A DNA stretch of 64,000 nt from positions 90,460,832 through 90,524,831 of the forward strand of contig NC_068982.1 of assembly GCF_001194135.2 (NCBI RefSeq), given 5' to 3'. Every line of letters starts with the position of its first letter. The stretch's first letter is position 1. The DNA comes from Octopus bimaculoides (taxonomy: Eukaryota). A program made the position numbers and the translations under genes. Below the pieces are notes generated by a model. That model had not been told where the DNA came from and did not search any database. It worked only from the letters and a program-made list of their open reading frames with translations. This document shows, piece by piece, positions 53,112 to 64,000 of the stretch.

Positions 53112-53665
53112 GTTGAGTGAGAGAGCAGCGCATGCCATCAAAGTGACAGTGGGGTACAAATATACGAAGCCCAATATACCTATCGTGACTAACCATCTGT
53201 TAAGGGTACGCCAGGCAGATGCATCACAACCATATATGCGCAGCATGGTGACTTCAACTGAAGATGCGCATGATATTGCAGGTGAGCCCGGTTAGAATTT
53301 TATTCAAGTTGAATAGCCCATCCTGCTCAAACGATCCCTGAATAAGGGTTAAGGATGTTGAACGAACCGCCCATGTTTCTAGACGTGAATTGTTCAAACC
53401 CCAAAGAATTCCTCTCAAGACATGGCTATGATGCTCACCCACTACTTCTGCTCGTGATCAGAGATGCACATATCGTCAGCCACCAAGGGACATGCTCAAC
53501 TAGTTAAGTTCAAGGAACTGACAAGCAAATCTGTGGTATTGAGCAGAATATTTGCTGTGGCCCATTTTTTGCACCAAGATTAAACATGTACATGATAACA
53601 CTTCCAATCAGTTAAGATCAGAAGCCATGAGAGCCAGTGCCTGGTATTGATTCAGCGCATTTTAT
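53112..53665 (-). mobile_element. Dispersed SINE-like repeat ending in a (CAA)/(TAA) tail
   Basis: GC-richer block whose minus-strand 3' end ...GATGGCATGCGCTGCTCTCTCACTCAA runs into a trinucleotide tail. It resembles a common octopus repeat, by recall only. Confidence 0.45.
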
Positions 53666-53906
53666 TATTGCGATTATTTATACCATCATCATCCTCATCA
53701 TCATCACATCACTATTATTAAGTGGTGGTTGACAGAAGTGTCAGAGCACCAAAGAAAATGCCATTTAGTTATATAATTACAATTCTTTCTGACCTCATTT
53801 AAATTTCGCCGGGAACAAGTTTGCCTTTCCACATTCCAGGGTCTTTAAAATGAGTGAGATACATAAGCTTTCTGCCTATAATTCAAATCATTATTAGAAA
53901 TGCTGG

Positions 53907-53994
53907 ACTGCCAAACCGCCAAACTGCCAAACTGCCAAGCCGCCAAACCACCAGACCGTCAAACTGCCAAACCACCAAACCGCTAAACCGCCAA
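53907..53994. repeat. 8-bp minisatellite, 11 copies of AC(C/T)GCCAA
   Basis: actgccaa accgccaa actgccaa actgccaa gccgccaa accaccag accgtcaa actgccaa accaccaa accgctaa accgccaa. Confidence 0.9.
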
Positions 53995-56208
53995 ACCTGT
54001 TGCATTGCAAACATACCCTCTTTCACATTCTCTTGAAATCTCGGGGAGAGTCAACAGTTCTTTTAATTAATTAATTAAGCCAACTTGATAAAACAAATAC
54101 CAATCAAGCAAGTCGGTTAATTAAACCTCCGGTAGTTTAGTCTCGCATCCAGCACTGCAGGGTTATTACAGCTTTTTATACCGCTTGGTTTTCAGGTCAC
54201 TGTTCTGGAAGCTAGCAAAAATTTTAAAATAGCATTCAACGTAAAGAACGGAGGATTAGTGTGTCAACTGTCACAATCAATGCTAATTAATGGCGATGAT
54301 GTAAATAGAGCTATGTTGAACTGGTAGTGGCAGGAGCCAAAAATAATCACGGTGAAACTATCAGTTGTTTTTATCTCTGTAACTATGACTAAATTTCTTG
54401 AAGTTAAGCATCTAGATTGACGACTTTCACTCTGCTGTCGTGTAAGAGTGTGAGAGAAGAATATAGTGGAGAGACAGCGAGAAAGAAACAAAAGAAGGCA
54501 GAGTTGGTTGCCTCGTTGGCTGATTCTCGTGTGTGGTTCTTTGAAATACATAATTCACAGATCAGAAACCCACCTCCACTGCATTCTTTTATCTTTTCTC
54601 GTTTACTTGTTTTATTCACTGGGTTGAGGCTTTGCTGAGGTACCGCCTTGAAGAGTTTATGCGAACAAATCGACCGCAGTATTTACTTAGTTTTTAAAGT
54701 CTAGTACCTATTCTGTTAACAACTATTATGCCGAACGGCTAAGTTACGGAGGCGTAAGCAAATCAGTATCGGTTGTCAAACAGTAGAAGGAGCAAACCGA
54801 CAGTACACACACACAAATATGTATACGTATGCGTGTGTGCGTGCGTGCGTGTATGCAAGTATGTGTGTGTGTGTGTTTGTATGTACGTATATGAAATATT
54901 AAGGTGGTTATTCGCAGTTTAGAACCGATAGGCAACAAATACATTAAAGTGACGGAAGTTTCTAGTAAGCACCAGCATTGCTAGAAATAAGTCAAGACAA
55001 CTCTTAGCCACCTGAGAGCACTTTTCTAACGGTTGACAAGGCAGGCAGGCTCCCTCCGTACGACAAGCTAGATGGAGTTATATCAGCGCTGATTAAAGAT
55101 TTAATCAGTCTTCATCAGCGACCGATTACTCCGCTGCTGAGGGTTAAGTCATTTTGTCAGCCTTATATATAATACCATAGGAAACATCGACTGATTTTCA
55201 AAATGGTGAAACGAGATTTATAAATTATTAAGCTGGCTATCTACAATTTAGAACCGATAGACAACAAGAGCAATTATATATATATATATATANNNNNNNN
55301 NNNNNNNNNNNNNNNNNNNNNNNNNNNNNNNNNNNNNNNNNNNNNNNNNNNNNNNNNNNNNNNNNNNNNNNNNNNNNNNNNNNNNNNNNNNNNNNNNNNN
55401 NNNNNNNNNNNNNNNNNNNNNNNNNNNNNNNNNNNNNNNNNNNNNNNNNNNNNNNNNNNNNNNNNNNNNNNNNNNNNNNNNNNNNNNNNNNNNNNNNNNN
55501 NNNNNNNNNNNNNNNNNNNNNNNNNNNNNNNNNNNNNNNNNNNNNNNNNNNNNNNNNNNNNNNNNNNNNNNNNNNNNNNNNNNNNNNNNNNNNNNNNNNN
55601 NNNNNNNNNNNNNNNNNNNNNNNNNNNNNNNNNNNNNNNNNNNNNNNNNNNNNNNNNNNNNNNNNNNNNNNNNNNNNNNNNNNNNNNNNNNNNNNNNNNN
55701 NNNNNNNNNNNNNNNNNNNNNNNNNNNNNNNNNNNNNNNNNNNNNNNNNNNNNNNNNNNNNNNNNNNNNNNNNNNNNNNNNNNNNNNNNNNNNNNNNNNN
55801 NNNNNNNNNNNNNNNNNNNNNNNNNNNNNNNNNNNNNNNNNNNNNNNNNNNNNNNNNNNNNNNNNNNNNNNNNNNNNNNNNNNNNNNNNNNNNNNNNNNN
55901 NNNNNNNNNNNNNNNNNNNNNNNNNNNNNNNNNNNNNNNNNNNNNNNNNNNNNNNNNNNNNNNNNNNNNNNNNNNNNNNNNNNNNNNNNNNNNNNNNNNN
56001 NNNNNNNNNNNNNNNNNNNNNNNNNNNNNNNNNNNNNNNNNNNNNNNNNNNNNNNNNNNNNNNNNNNNNNNNNNNNNNNNNNNNNNNNNNNNNNNNNNNN
56101 NNNNNNNNNNNNNNNNNNNNNNNNNNNNNNNNNNNNNNNNNNNNNNNNNNNNNNNNNNNNNNNNNNNNNNNNNNNNNNNNNNNNNNNNNNNNNNNNNNNN
56201 NNNNNNNN

Positions 56209-56260
<52 letters not shown>

Positions 56261-56588
56261 GTACACAAACACAAACACACACACAAATTGTAAATAGAAT
56301 AGATGCACTGAAATCTTTATGATAAAACTAAATATGAAATTCAATGTTTATGTAACCAACTGGTTTCACATTTTTTAAAAATATTGTTTTGAAATCAATG
56401 ATGTTTCACGACGAGCTGTTGTCTTAATTTTTTAATGGCTGATGGTAACAGGAAAGGCAAAATATAGCATAGTGACAGTAACAAGGCAGGTAATATGGAG
56501 AAGATGAATTTCCTTCCATTAACTGAAATAATCAAATTTATCTAAAAGTAAATAAAATGAATTAGATTGAAACGTAGCCCAAATTAAT

Positions 56589-57377
56589 TCAGTTTAAGTG
56601 AGGTCTGTATTTCTCAGTGAAATCGGTTTACCTACTTATCCAGTGTTGTTCAGATGTTTCCTCTCTACATTGATACAATGGAAATATTTTTAAAATTGCT
56701 CGGTGATTCGTTGCAGATATATTTATACGTTCATACAGAAATATTTTTCTGTACCTGATAGATCGTATTTGCTCTGTATGAGTAGCACATTTTTCTCCAT
56801 GGCATTCCAGCTTATCTTATATAATTTTCTCCAAATCCAGGTGTAAACATTCTTTACTCTGGAATACTGTCTTTGCTTGAAGCGAAATTCTAAATCTTTA
56901 TACTAGTAAAGACGAGTCCATATTTGAATTGCCCACACATTTTGACTGTAATATAATTCAACATCTGCTAATATCATCTTTAGTCATTGTGCTTGTCTTC
57001 AACTTTTTGTAATTGTATGTCTTTGTAGAACTCAATTATTCCAGGCGTCTTTTTTCTGCATCGGCACATTTTGAAAAATATTACTTTAGGCTTCGTTGAT
57101 GCTCGGATTGAAAGTTAAAACATAAGGTAAAATTTCCAATCTTCTTTTTTACCTCTCTTACCATGTGGACATCACTTGTCTTGATTCGTTGTATCCCATC
57201 ATCCATTAAGGATGGTAAATAATATTTACCAATGAGTACATCTTTAAGTTCTTGGAGTCGTATATCGCGCGTATTTGTAGGGGACACAATCATTTTGGCT
57301 AAATTGCAAAAAATCCTTTTCTTGCGTTTTGGATAACACGAATTAAAAATTAGTTATTTCTTGGAGTTAGTGGGTTT
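56589..57377 (-). mobile_element. Penelope-like element, 3' part (RT thumb to GIY-YIG C-terminus)
   Basis: YKPTNSKK*LIFNSCYPKR...NLAKMIVSPTNTRDIRLQELKDVLIGKYYLPSLMDDGIQR, ending KIFPLYQC...FTEKYRPHLN* (stop at 56591-56589). Confidence 0.8.
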
Positions 57378-57382
57378 GTAAC

Positions 57383-57574
57383 TATTATAATCCTTAAAAT
57401 GTTGGATTGTTATAACGCCCACTTCGGTATAGAGTATACCAGTAAAGACACGACTATCTCTGACCGCCTACGACGTGCTCTGGTATTTCACGTACATATC
57501 TTTACTTATAGTGACTAAGTCATTCCATTCGTCACGTGGGAGGAGTGTACCATTATTACTAATTACATAAACAT
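57383..57574 (-). repeat. 3' LTR of the gypsy element (192 bp)
   Basis: Aligns by eye with 59966-60000 plus 60381-60547 (roughly 80-85% identical). The termini are degenerate TGTTGTA...TACAACA. Confidence 0.9.
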
Positions 57575-57585
57575 TTCCCCTTTTA
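57575..57585 (-). promoter_or_regulatory. Polypurine tract
   Basis: Minus strand AAAAGGGGAAA immediately before the TGT start of the 3' LTR. Confidence 0.85.
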
Positions 57586-59951
57586 AGTTTTCCTTAGGAA
57601 GTGTCATTTTATTTAGCAATATTGTTTTTCTTCACCTCACCTCCATTTTTTGACGGGGTTTTTTTTCCGTACAATTTAATACTTTTTACACTTGGCATCT
57701 ATTTTCAGGAACTCTGTATGTGTTCTTTTCTTCTCACTTGTACGCCTGAGTTCAATCACTTGTAGTGGCGTTGTTACTTGGAACGTATCGTACAACCATT
57801 CCATCGGTTCCTCTAACTTCTTTGGTTCGCTTTCCATTAATATCTTTTTCAGTTGGTTCCTGGGTCCCTTTTGTATGCCCTTTCTACTTTTTACCTAATA
57901 CATCATTTTACCTATACATTTGGTAATTAGGCAATCTTCTCAACTCTACTTTCCATTCTAGTATGCCTTCATATACACCTTTTCCCTAGCTTTAAAGAAT
58001 CTTGCTGTCTTCCCTGACACTTGTCTTTTCTTGCCAGACAGCAATTTATCAAAGACTGATTTTACTTTCCTTGCAAACATGAGCTCCACTGGTGAGCTAC
58101 CTTCTGGTATATTTGGATTTGGTGTCACACGGTACACTCTTAAAAGCTGTTGTAGAACTTCCTTAATTGGCTCTCTTAGGGCTCTTTTGAAGGTATCGAC
58201 AAAGCGTTGTACCTGTCTGATAGATCTGGGATGGTATGGCGCAGTAGTTATTTGTTCTACTGTGAACGTTCCACAATTTATTTTTTATTTCGCTAGACAT
58301 AAATTGTGTTCCATTGTCAGACACTATCTTGTCTTGCAAACAATTCGTGTAAAAAAATTAATCACAGTTGAGGAGGTCGGTTTTTTACACTTGCGAATTT
58401 CAGGCCATTTCGAAAAACTATCAACTATCACTGAGTAGTAAGAACCATTTAAAGGACCAGCGAAATCGATGTGCTGTCTTGACCACGGAACATCTACTTT
58501 TGAACAATGTTTACTTTATATCGTGGGCAATTTTTTTTTATTTTGTTGTGGCTTACATACAAGTGTTTCACTCTGTTTTACTGCAAATTCTTGTTTCAGT
58601 CCCTCAGCCGCATTCGAACCTTCGGTTGAACCGACTATATTTCGACAGGAAACAATTATGGGCGTATTCCATATTTTGAATAGTTCCATCCATTCTGTGC
58701 CGAATAAATTAAGTGATTTTTGCCGCTTTCGTTTGGCCTCGAAATGTTACATTACATACAAATAAACGAAAAATATAACCTTTTTTCCCGAAACACCATA
58801 CGCTGCCTTTTTCGATTTAATTAATTTCGGCTTACAGACATATTTTCAAGTTTTTCGTTTATGGTGATATCACTACCAGTGTCCAACTGCATTTCAACAC
58901 TTGTATTTCTGATTTTCACCTTCACAAATTTCCTCATTGTTATATTACCAACTTCTTCCGTTGACATACTATTTATTCTTTTTCCTTTGTTCTGACGTTT
59001 TTTTAACTTCATTCTACAGTGCGTGTTTATGTTTCCGATATTACCACAACGAAAGCACTCCGTTTTTTTAGATGGATAATTTTTGCTCTGGTGTATATTT
59101 CCACATGCAAAACATGGGATTATTTCCTGATTTTTGTTGTGTATTTTACAAAACACTTTATCTCTATTCTGACTATTTCACACTCGCTTTTCTTGGAAAC
59201 AATCTTTACGTCCAATTTCCTCTGTGTCGTGTCTTAATTTGACTCTCCTTTCACATTCTTCTGAAACTTACTGTAGGGTTCCATCCTAGTTTTGTTCCAG
59301 CTTTGCGAGAATTCTAGTCCTAACTTCTGCGTCCTTTTCAGCAGTAAGTCCTTGTGTAAAAATGAGGCATTTAAATATATCTGGCGTTAATTCGTCCTGC
59401 TTAAACTTCTCGCATCCCCTGTTTAGTCTACCAGTTTATGTGATGTAGTCCCCGTCGTTGTTTATCTTTATGTTCTGAACGTTCTTCACTGAAACTTTTA
59501 TTCAATATATCTGTTGTGTCATTAAAGTTTATGTCCAAAGGTTTTCCTGATAGTACATAATTACAGTATCGTTCATGTTCTGTTGCCGCCAGGTTTCTCA
59601 AGATTAAGCGCGTTCTCATCTCATCATCCCAATCTTTACAGTCTTTCTTGACGATTTGCTCATACCTTCAGTCGTATGCTTCGAAGATAACTCCTTCGTC
59701 AGATTCGTATTTAAACTCTGTTATAGCGTTCGCGACACAGTTTGTCGAGAACACTTTTTCCGAGTTCTCTGATGACTTCAGTAAGTGCAGCATTTGGTGC
59801 CGTAATATTATTTGTTGTTGCTATTTTGCAACTCGAGTAAACCTGCCAACAGATTTTCCATACTTTTACAATGTTTCGTAAAATTAATACACCAACTTTA
59901 TGAGTCTATTAACTTCTCTTCGAGTTTCTTAATTCCTCGTGAGTTGTTTAA

Positions 59952-59964
59952 ATCCTCGTCGCCA
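59952..59964 (-). promoter_or_regulatory. Primer-binding site, tRNA-Ser(GCT) type
   Basis: Minus strand TGGCGACGAGGAT, 1 nt inside the 5' LTR end. It is complementary to the 3' end (...ATCCTCGTCG-CCA) of metazoan tRNA-Ser-GCT as I recall it. Confidence 0.8.
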
Positions 59965-59965
59965 C

Positions 59966-60547
59966 TGTTGTAATCCTTTAAAATGTTGGATTGTTATAAC
60001 TCCTACATCAGTTGTTGTTGGCACTCCGTCGCTTACGACGTCGAGGGTTCCAGTCAATCCGATCAACGGAACAGCCTGCTCGTGAAATTAACGTGCAAGT
60101 GGCTGAGCACTCCACAGACACGTGTACCCTTAATGGGGATATTCAGCATGACACAGTGTGACAAGGCTGGCCCATTGAAATACAGGTACAACAGAAACAG
60201 GAAGAAAGTTGTGGTGAAAGAGTACAGCAGGGGTCGCCACCCTCACCCCCCTGCCGGAGCCTCGTGGAGCTTTAGGTGTTTTCGCTCAATACACACTCAC
60301 AACGCCCGGTCTGGGAATCGAGACCGCGAAACTATGACCGCGAGTCCGCTGCCCTAACCACTGGGCCATTGCGCCTCCACGCCCACTTCAGTATATAGTA
60401 TACTTAGTAAAACCAGTAAAGACACGACTATCTCTAACCGCCTACTACGTACTCTGGTACTTCACGTACTTCTCTTTACTTATAGGGACTAAGGTATTCA
60501 ATTTTTCATTGAGAGCGGGTTACCATTATTATTAATTCCCTACAACT
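59966..60547 (-). repeat. 5' LTR of the gypsy element, containing a SINE insertion
   Basis: Starts TGTTGTAATCC and ends TACAACT on +. It is colinear with 57383-57574 once the SINE is removed. Confidence 0.9.
60012..60380 (-). mobile_element. tRNA(Arg)-derived SINE inserted in the gypsy 5' LTR
   Basis: Reverse-complement copy of 24031-24414. It is flanked by an imperfect duplication TCCTACATCAG (60001-11) / GCCCACTTCAG (60381-91). Confidence 0.9.
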
Positions 60548-60552
60548 GTAAC

Positions 60553-60890
60553 GTATGTCTGTCTCAATTTGTTGCCTTTCATTTTTAAAGCATTTAAAAC
60601 TGGTAGTTTCTCTTGTCTATTCAAATATGAATTGAATGTTCGGTTGTATTTTAAATTCATTTATGTTCTTTATGTTTTCATTCCAAAGAATGAAGTAATT
60701 ATCTGCAGATCTTCTCCAGTTGTCTCTTAAATATTGATTTGAAGAGTTTTCGCATTTCATTTAAGAATCTTTACGCATCGTAATTTTCAAATTTCTCACA
60801 GAAGTAGGCATCAAATATGAAACAGTTTGTTTGGAGAAGAAATTGTAATCTTTGTGCGTCACTTATTATTTTAATTTGTAAGGTTTTGAG
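60553..60890 (-). mobile_element. Penelope-like element, 5' part (RT core)
   Basis: WRRSADNYFILWNENIKNINEF...IQF...LPVLNAL (for W.RY.DD.F.IW...IQFT.E...LPFLD). Removing the LTR element restores GAG ACA GAC ATA CGT TAC AAA CCC (ETDIRYKP) across one copy of the GTAAC duplication. Confidence 0.75.
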
Positions 60891-60932
60891 TAAGCCATAG
60901 GAGAGCCTAATATTTAGTTATGTAATCATATA

Positions 60933-60969
<37 letters not shown>

Positions 60970-61020
60970 GCACTCACACAAAAGTGCGCGTGTGTGAGAG
61001 AGAGAGAGGTAGAGAGAGAG

Positions 61021-61066
<46 letters not shown>

Positions 61067-62577
61067 GAGAGAGAAGTCGTTTCTCGAGAGATAATTTCAA
61101 AACTTAATGATATGTATATTTGAGACACCCGTATCTGTCGTTGTTTTCCCGCTACGTGTTACCGGTCACTCGCAGTTACTTCTCTTAGTCCATTTATTTT
61201 GAACCAAACACACACACACACAAACACACACACAGGTTCGTATACGTGCTTAAACATAAATCCTAAACACCTGACCAAATTCTTTGTAATATGCAGTTAC
61301 TTCCCTTTAAACAGTTTTTTTTTTTAAATATATATAATTCCCAGCTATGAAATAAGAACAATAATTTGAATGCACCACTTGTTGTACATAAGTATTCTCG
61401 CGCTAGTGAATGATATGATGAACAGCCAAAACATATTTCTTAAAATATAAACTAAGCAACGAGTGATATACTTAATTTAACATGTTTATTGACAGAATAG
61501 CATTTGAAGGTAATGGAAACTATTCAAGGGAGATAACTTATGTCAGCTTATTAAATAGACTAACAAATACATTTTGCTGTCGATAAAGCCGATTATGAAA
61601 AGATTTCGATGTGAAGGTTACTTTTCTCGTGGTATATCTCATATGAATATGAAGAAATAGTCTCAGACGTTTCATAACCCTACCCCGTCCTTCTCTAATA
61701 TTTTCGATCGTTTTCAATATTAGTAAAAATCATATTAAAATTTATTAGGCAGGATTGTGTAAGGAGTAATGTAGAGGGTGCGAATTACAGGCTATGGAAA
61801 ATAAATTGAAAGGAGCTCGCATTGTAGGACTGGAGGAAAAGCAGCATACGCTGTAGGGCTAGGAGTTAGTGTTGTGCATTGATGTGCCGGCCCAGAGCGC
61901 TGAATACCCTGGTGCTGACGCTGCATCCTGTGGGTGACTCGTTCCTGATATTTGATTGCCTTAGTGCCTCTTCAATTTTTTTTTTATATAAGGCAAAGTT
62001 ACTAAAGGCGAGGGCATAACCATAATGAAATTGTATTTAGACCTTGAGTATTTCTTTTTCTTTTTTGCTTACTGATGACAAAAGTTTTTCTCATATTCTA
62101 AGCCAGAAAAGGGTCCTTTGTAGATAAAAACAAGTATTATATCCGAATAAAAAAAATTACTAACAAAAATTCCTATCCCTGCAAGCTCGCACCATCTCTA
62201 TAGCCCTTCTCATGGCACCCGCACTCACGGTGCCCCAGTAAAATTTGCTGTCTTTTTTGTGAGTTCACAATGCCATCGAAGGGATACGATAGTTCGGGTT
62301 AAAAACGACTGATTTAGTCTCACAGGCAGTAAGAAATATACAAGAAAAATGCAAAGAAAGTTATTGAAAAAGTATTTTAGGATATGAGTGACAACAACCA
62401 TTGTGGCTTGATAACCGCCAAACGGAAACAGAGTATTCAAGTTGGTTGTGATTAAACGAAGTGTAATATTACACTGTATATCAGCATGCATTATTGCTCA
62501 TAGAGGGGGCACTTATCGGAGACCTAAGGGAATAGGGATCTTCAGATTTAAATACCTTACCCATGAGACCTGCCAAC

Positions 62578-62615
62578 GATAGCTAGTTAGCTAGCTAGCT
62601 AGCTAGCTAGCTAGC

Positions 62616-62686
<71 letters not shown>

Positions 62687-62755
62687 AGAGAGAGAGAGAC
62701 ACACAGAGAGAGAGACAGAGAGAGAGANNNNNNNNNNAGAGAGAGAGAGAGACAC

Positions 62756-62848
<93 letters not shown>

Positions 62849-62850
62849 TA
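62578..62850. repeat. (GCTA)/(GATA)/(GA)/(GACA) compound microsatellite
   Basis: Read directly from the sequence; it contains a 10-N gap. Confidence 0.95.
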
Positions 62851-63019
62851 AATACTGTATGTATTGTAATATGATTGGTTGCGATATCTTTTTCAAATTC
62901 GAACGAATACGTTGGTTATTGAAATTATGATAATTATAACGTACTCATATTCAATTATATAAATATGAAATTGGGGTTATTATAATTATAGATAACTAAC
63001 TAAGCGCCCCTTTACCTCA

Positions 63020-63129
63020 TTCTCTCTCTCTTTCTCTCTCTCTCTTACACACATACATACACACATACATACACATATATATATATCATATATATATGCA
63101 TATATGCGTGTGAGTGTGTGTATGTATGT

Positions 63130-63225
<96 letters not shown>

Positions 63226-63235
63226 ATGTATATAT
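63020..63235. repeat. (TC)/(CA)/(TA)/(TG)/(TATG) compound microsatellite
   Basis: Read directly from the sequence. Confidence 0.95.
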
Positions 63236-64000
63236 GCTAACAACCTAGCCTTTAGAATAATTGCTTACATTTCCTTAAACTTATCTATATATGGCTACCT
63301 TTTCGTTCAGTGTTTTTAGCAGCACTTGTGTTCCTATGTTCCTTTAAGTGTAGAAACGAAAATTATGCTCATATATTTCCACTGTCTATTTAGTTGCTAA
63401 TTAAATTAAACACCATGTTTGTTGTTGTTGATGTTATATCGCCTCTCGTTAACCTTTAACAACTAAGCCTTTTATCAAAGGCAGTCAATCTGTGATCATG
63501 CAGTCTTTTCAGGTTTATGTATGATTACAATATCCCATACACTCTTTCCATTTCAAGACCGTAGTGTGTGTATGTTGAAGAAAAATTGACTGCAATTCCT
63601 GGCTTGCCGACGGCCTGTCTAAGGTTGTTTCTATAATTGTAAGCATACAGCGCAGAGTGCAGTCAATGGTGCTTTTTTCTTTTTCTACGTGAAACCATAA
63701 GCTTTTAATTTAGAGGCAAAACAAGTGAATTTTTAATCACTCCAAAGAAACTAGTTGATACGGGAATGTACATCAAAATTTTGAAGTCTGTCGTTAAATA
63801 TAAGGCTTCGCTATTCTTTTCTAATTCTGACAAGTCAAAATAAAATTTTAAAATAACAGGACATGAACTTCTGGTAGCTGCGTGAGATAAGACGTGGTTT
63901 GTGTGTTTCACAAATGACGTTGTTACATAACTGAAGCAGCTATAAATAAGATGTAAAGTTGATAATAGATTCACCGGAAATTTATCAATCTGCTAAATTT

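Larger units (their letters stand above)
57383..60547 (-). mobile_element. Ty3/gypsy (Mag-like) LTR retrotransposon, internally deleted (no RT/RNase H)
   Basis: LTRs at 57383-57574 and 59966-60547 (the latter split by a SINE), with a 5-bp TSD GTAAC at 57378-82 and 60548-52. Gag: ITEFKY...RLILRNLAATEHERYCNYVL. Two CCHC-like knuckles (CFACG, CFRCG). Protease MQLDTGSD. Integrase PWSRQHIDFAGPLNG...VDSFSKWPEI...TAPYHPRS...RFVDTFKRAL...YRVTP. Only about 350 bp separate protease from integrase. The Mag assignment is inferred from the paired knuckles. Confidence 0.92.

Noticed and set aside
25918-56344. Long ORF-track entries made of X (25918-26597, 27356-28362, 32222-33391, 55237-56344, also 10941-11343)
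   Set aside because: They are open only because they cross N-gaps and microsatellites; there is no coding evidence.
56350-56400. GAAACCAGTTGGTT downstream of the Penelope stop, as a possible pseudo-LTR hammerhead
   Set aside because: No CUGANGA or stem II remains, so it is too degenerate to call.

Overview
AT-rich, microsatellite-dense eukaryotic genomic DNA with seven N-gaps. Its tRNA-derived SINE families and repeat content look like an octopus (coleoid cephalopod) genome; this is inferred from recalled repeat families, not from a search. There is no prokaryotic operon, CRISPR array, rRNA or genuine tRNA. One host gene is supported: a minus-strand ankyrin-repeat protein, modelled as coding exons 42290-40929 and 39647-39444 joined by a phase-0 GT-AG intron (about 521 aa), with an unlocated upstream 5'UTR exon. 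The rest is mostly decayed mobile DNA. DNA transposons: a Tc1 with DD36E spacing, a mariner, a Chapaev3-like 5' end and a possible piggyBac end. Non-LTR retroelements: two (TAA)n-associated R4/Dong-like elements, a HERO-like 3' end, RTE and CR1/L2 fragments, two Penelope-like elements and at least five SINE families. A three-tier nest consists of a Penelope element, split by an RT-less Ty3/gypsy element (LTRs, PBS, PPT and 5-bp TSD all readable), whose 5' LTR carries a SINE. The most striking signal is in the HERO 3'UTR (17724-17784): nearly all hammerhead ribozyme core elements pair in exact register, but in an order that matches none of the circular type I/II/III permutations. All protein and family assignments are by eye from remembered motifs; no database searches or folding programs were run.
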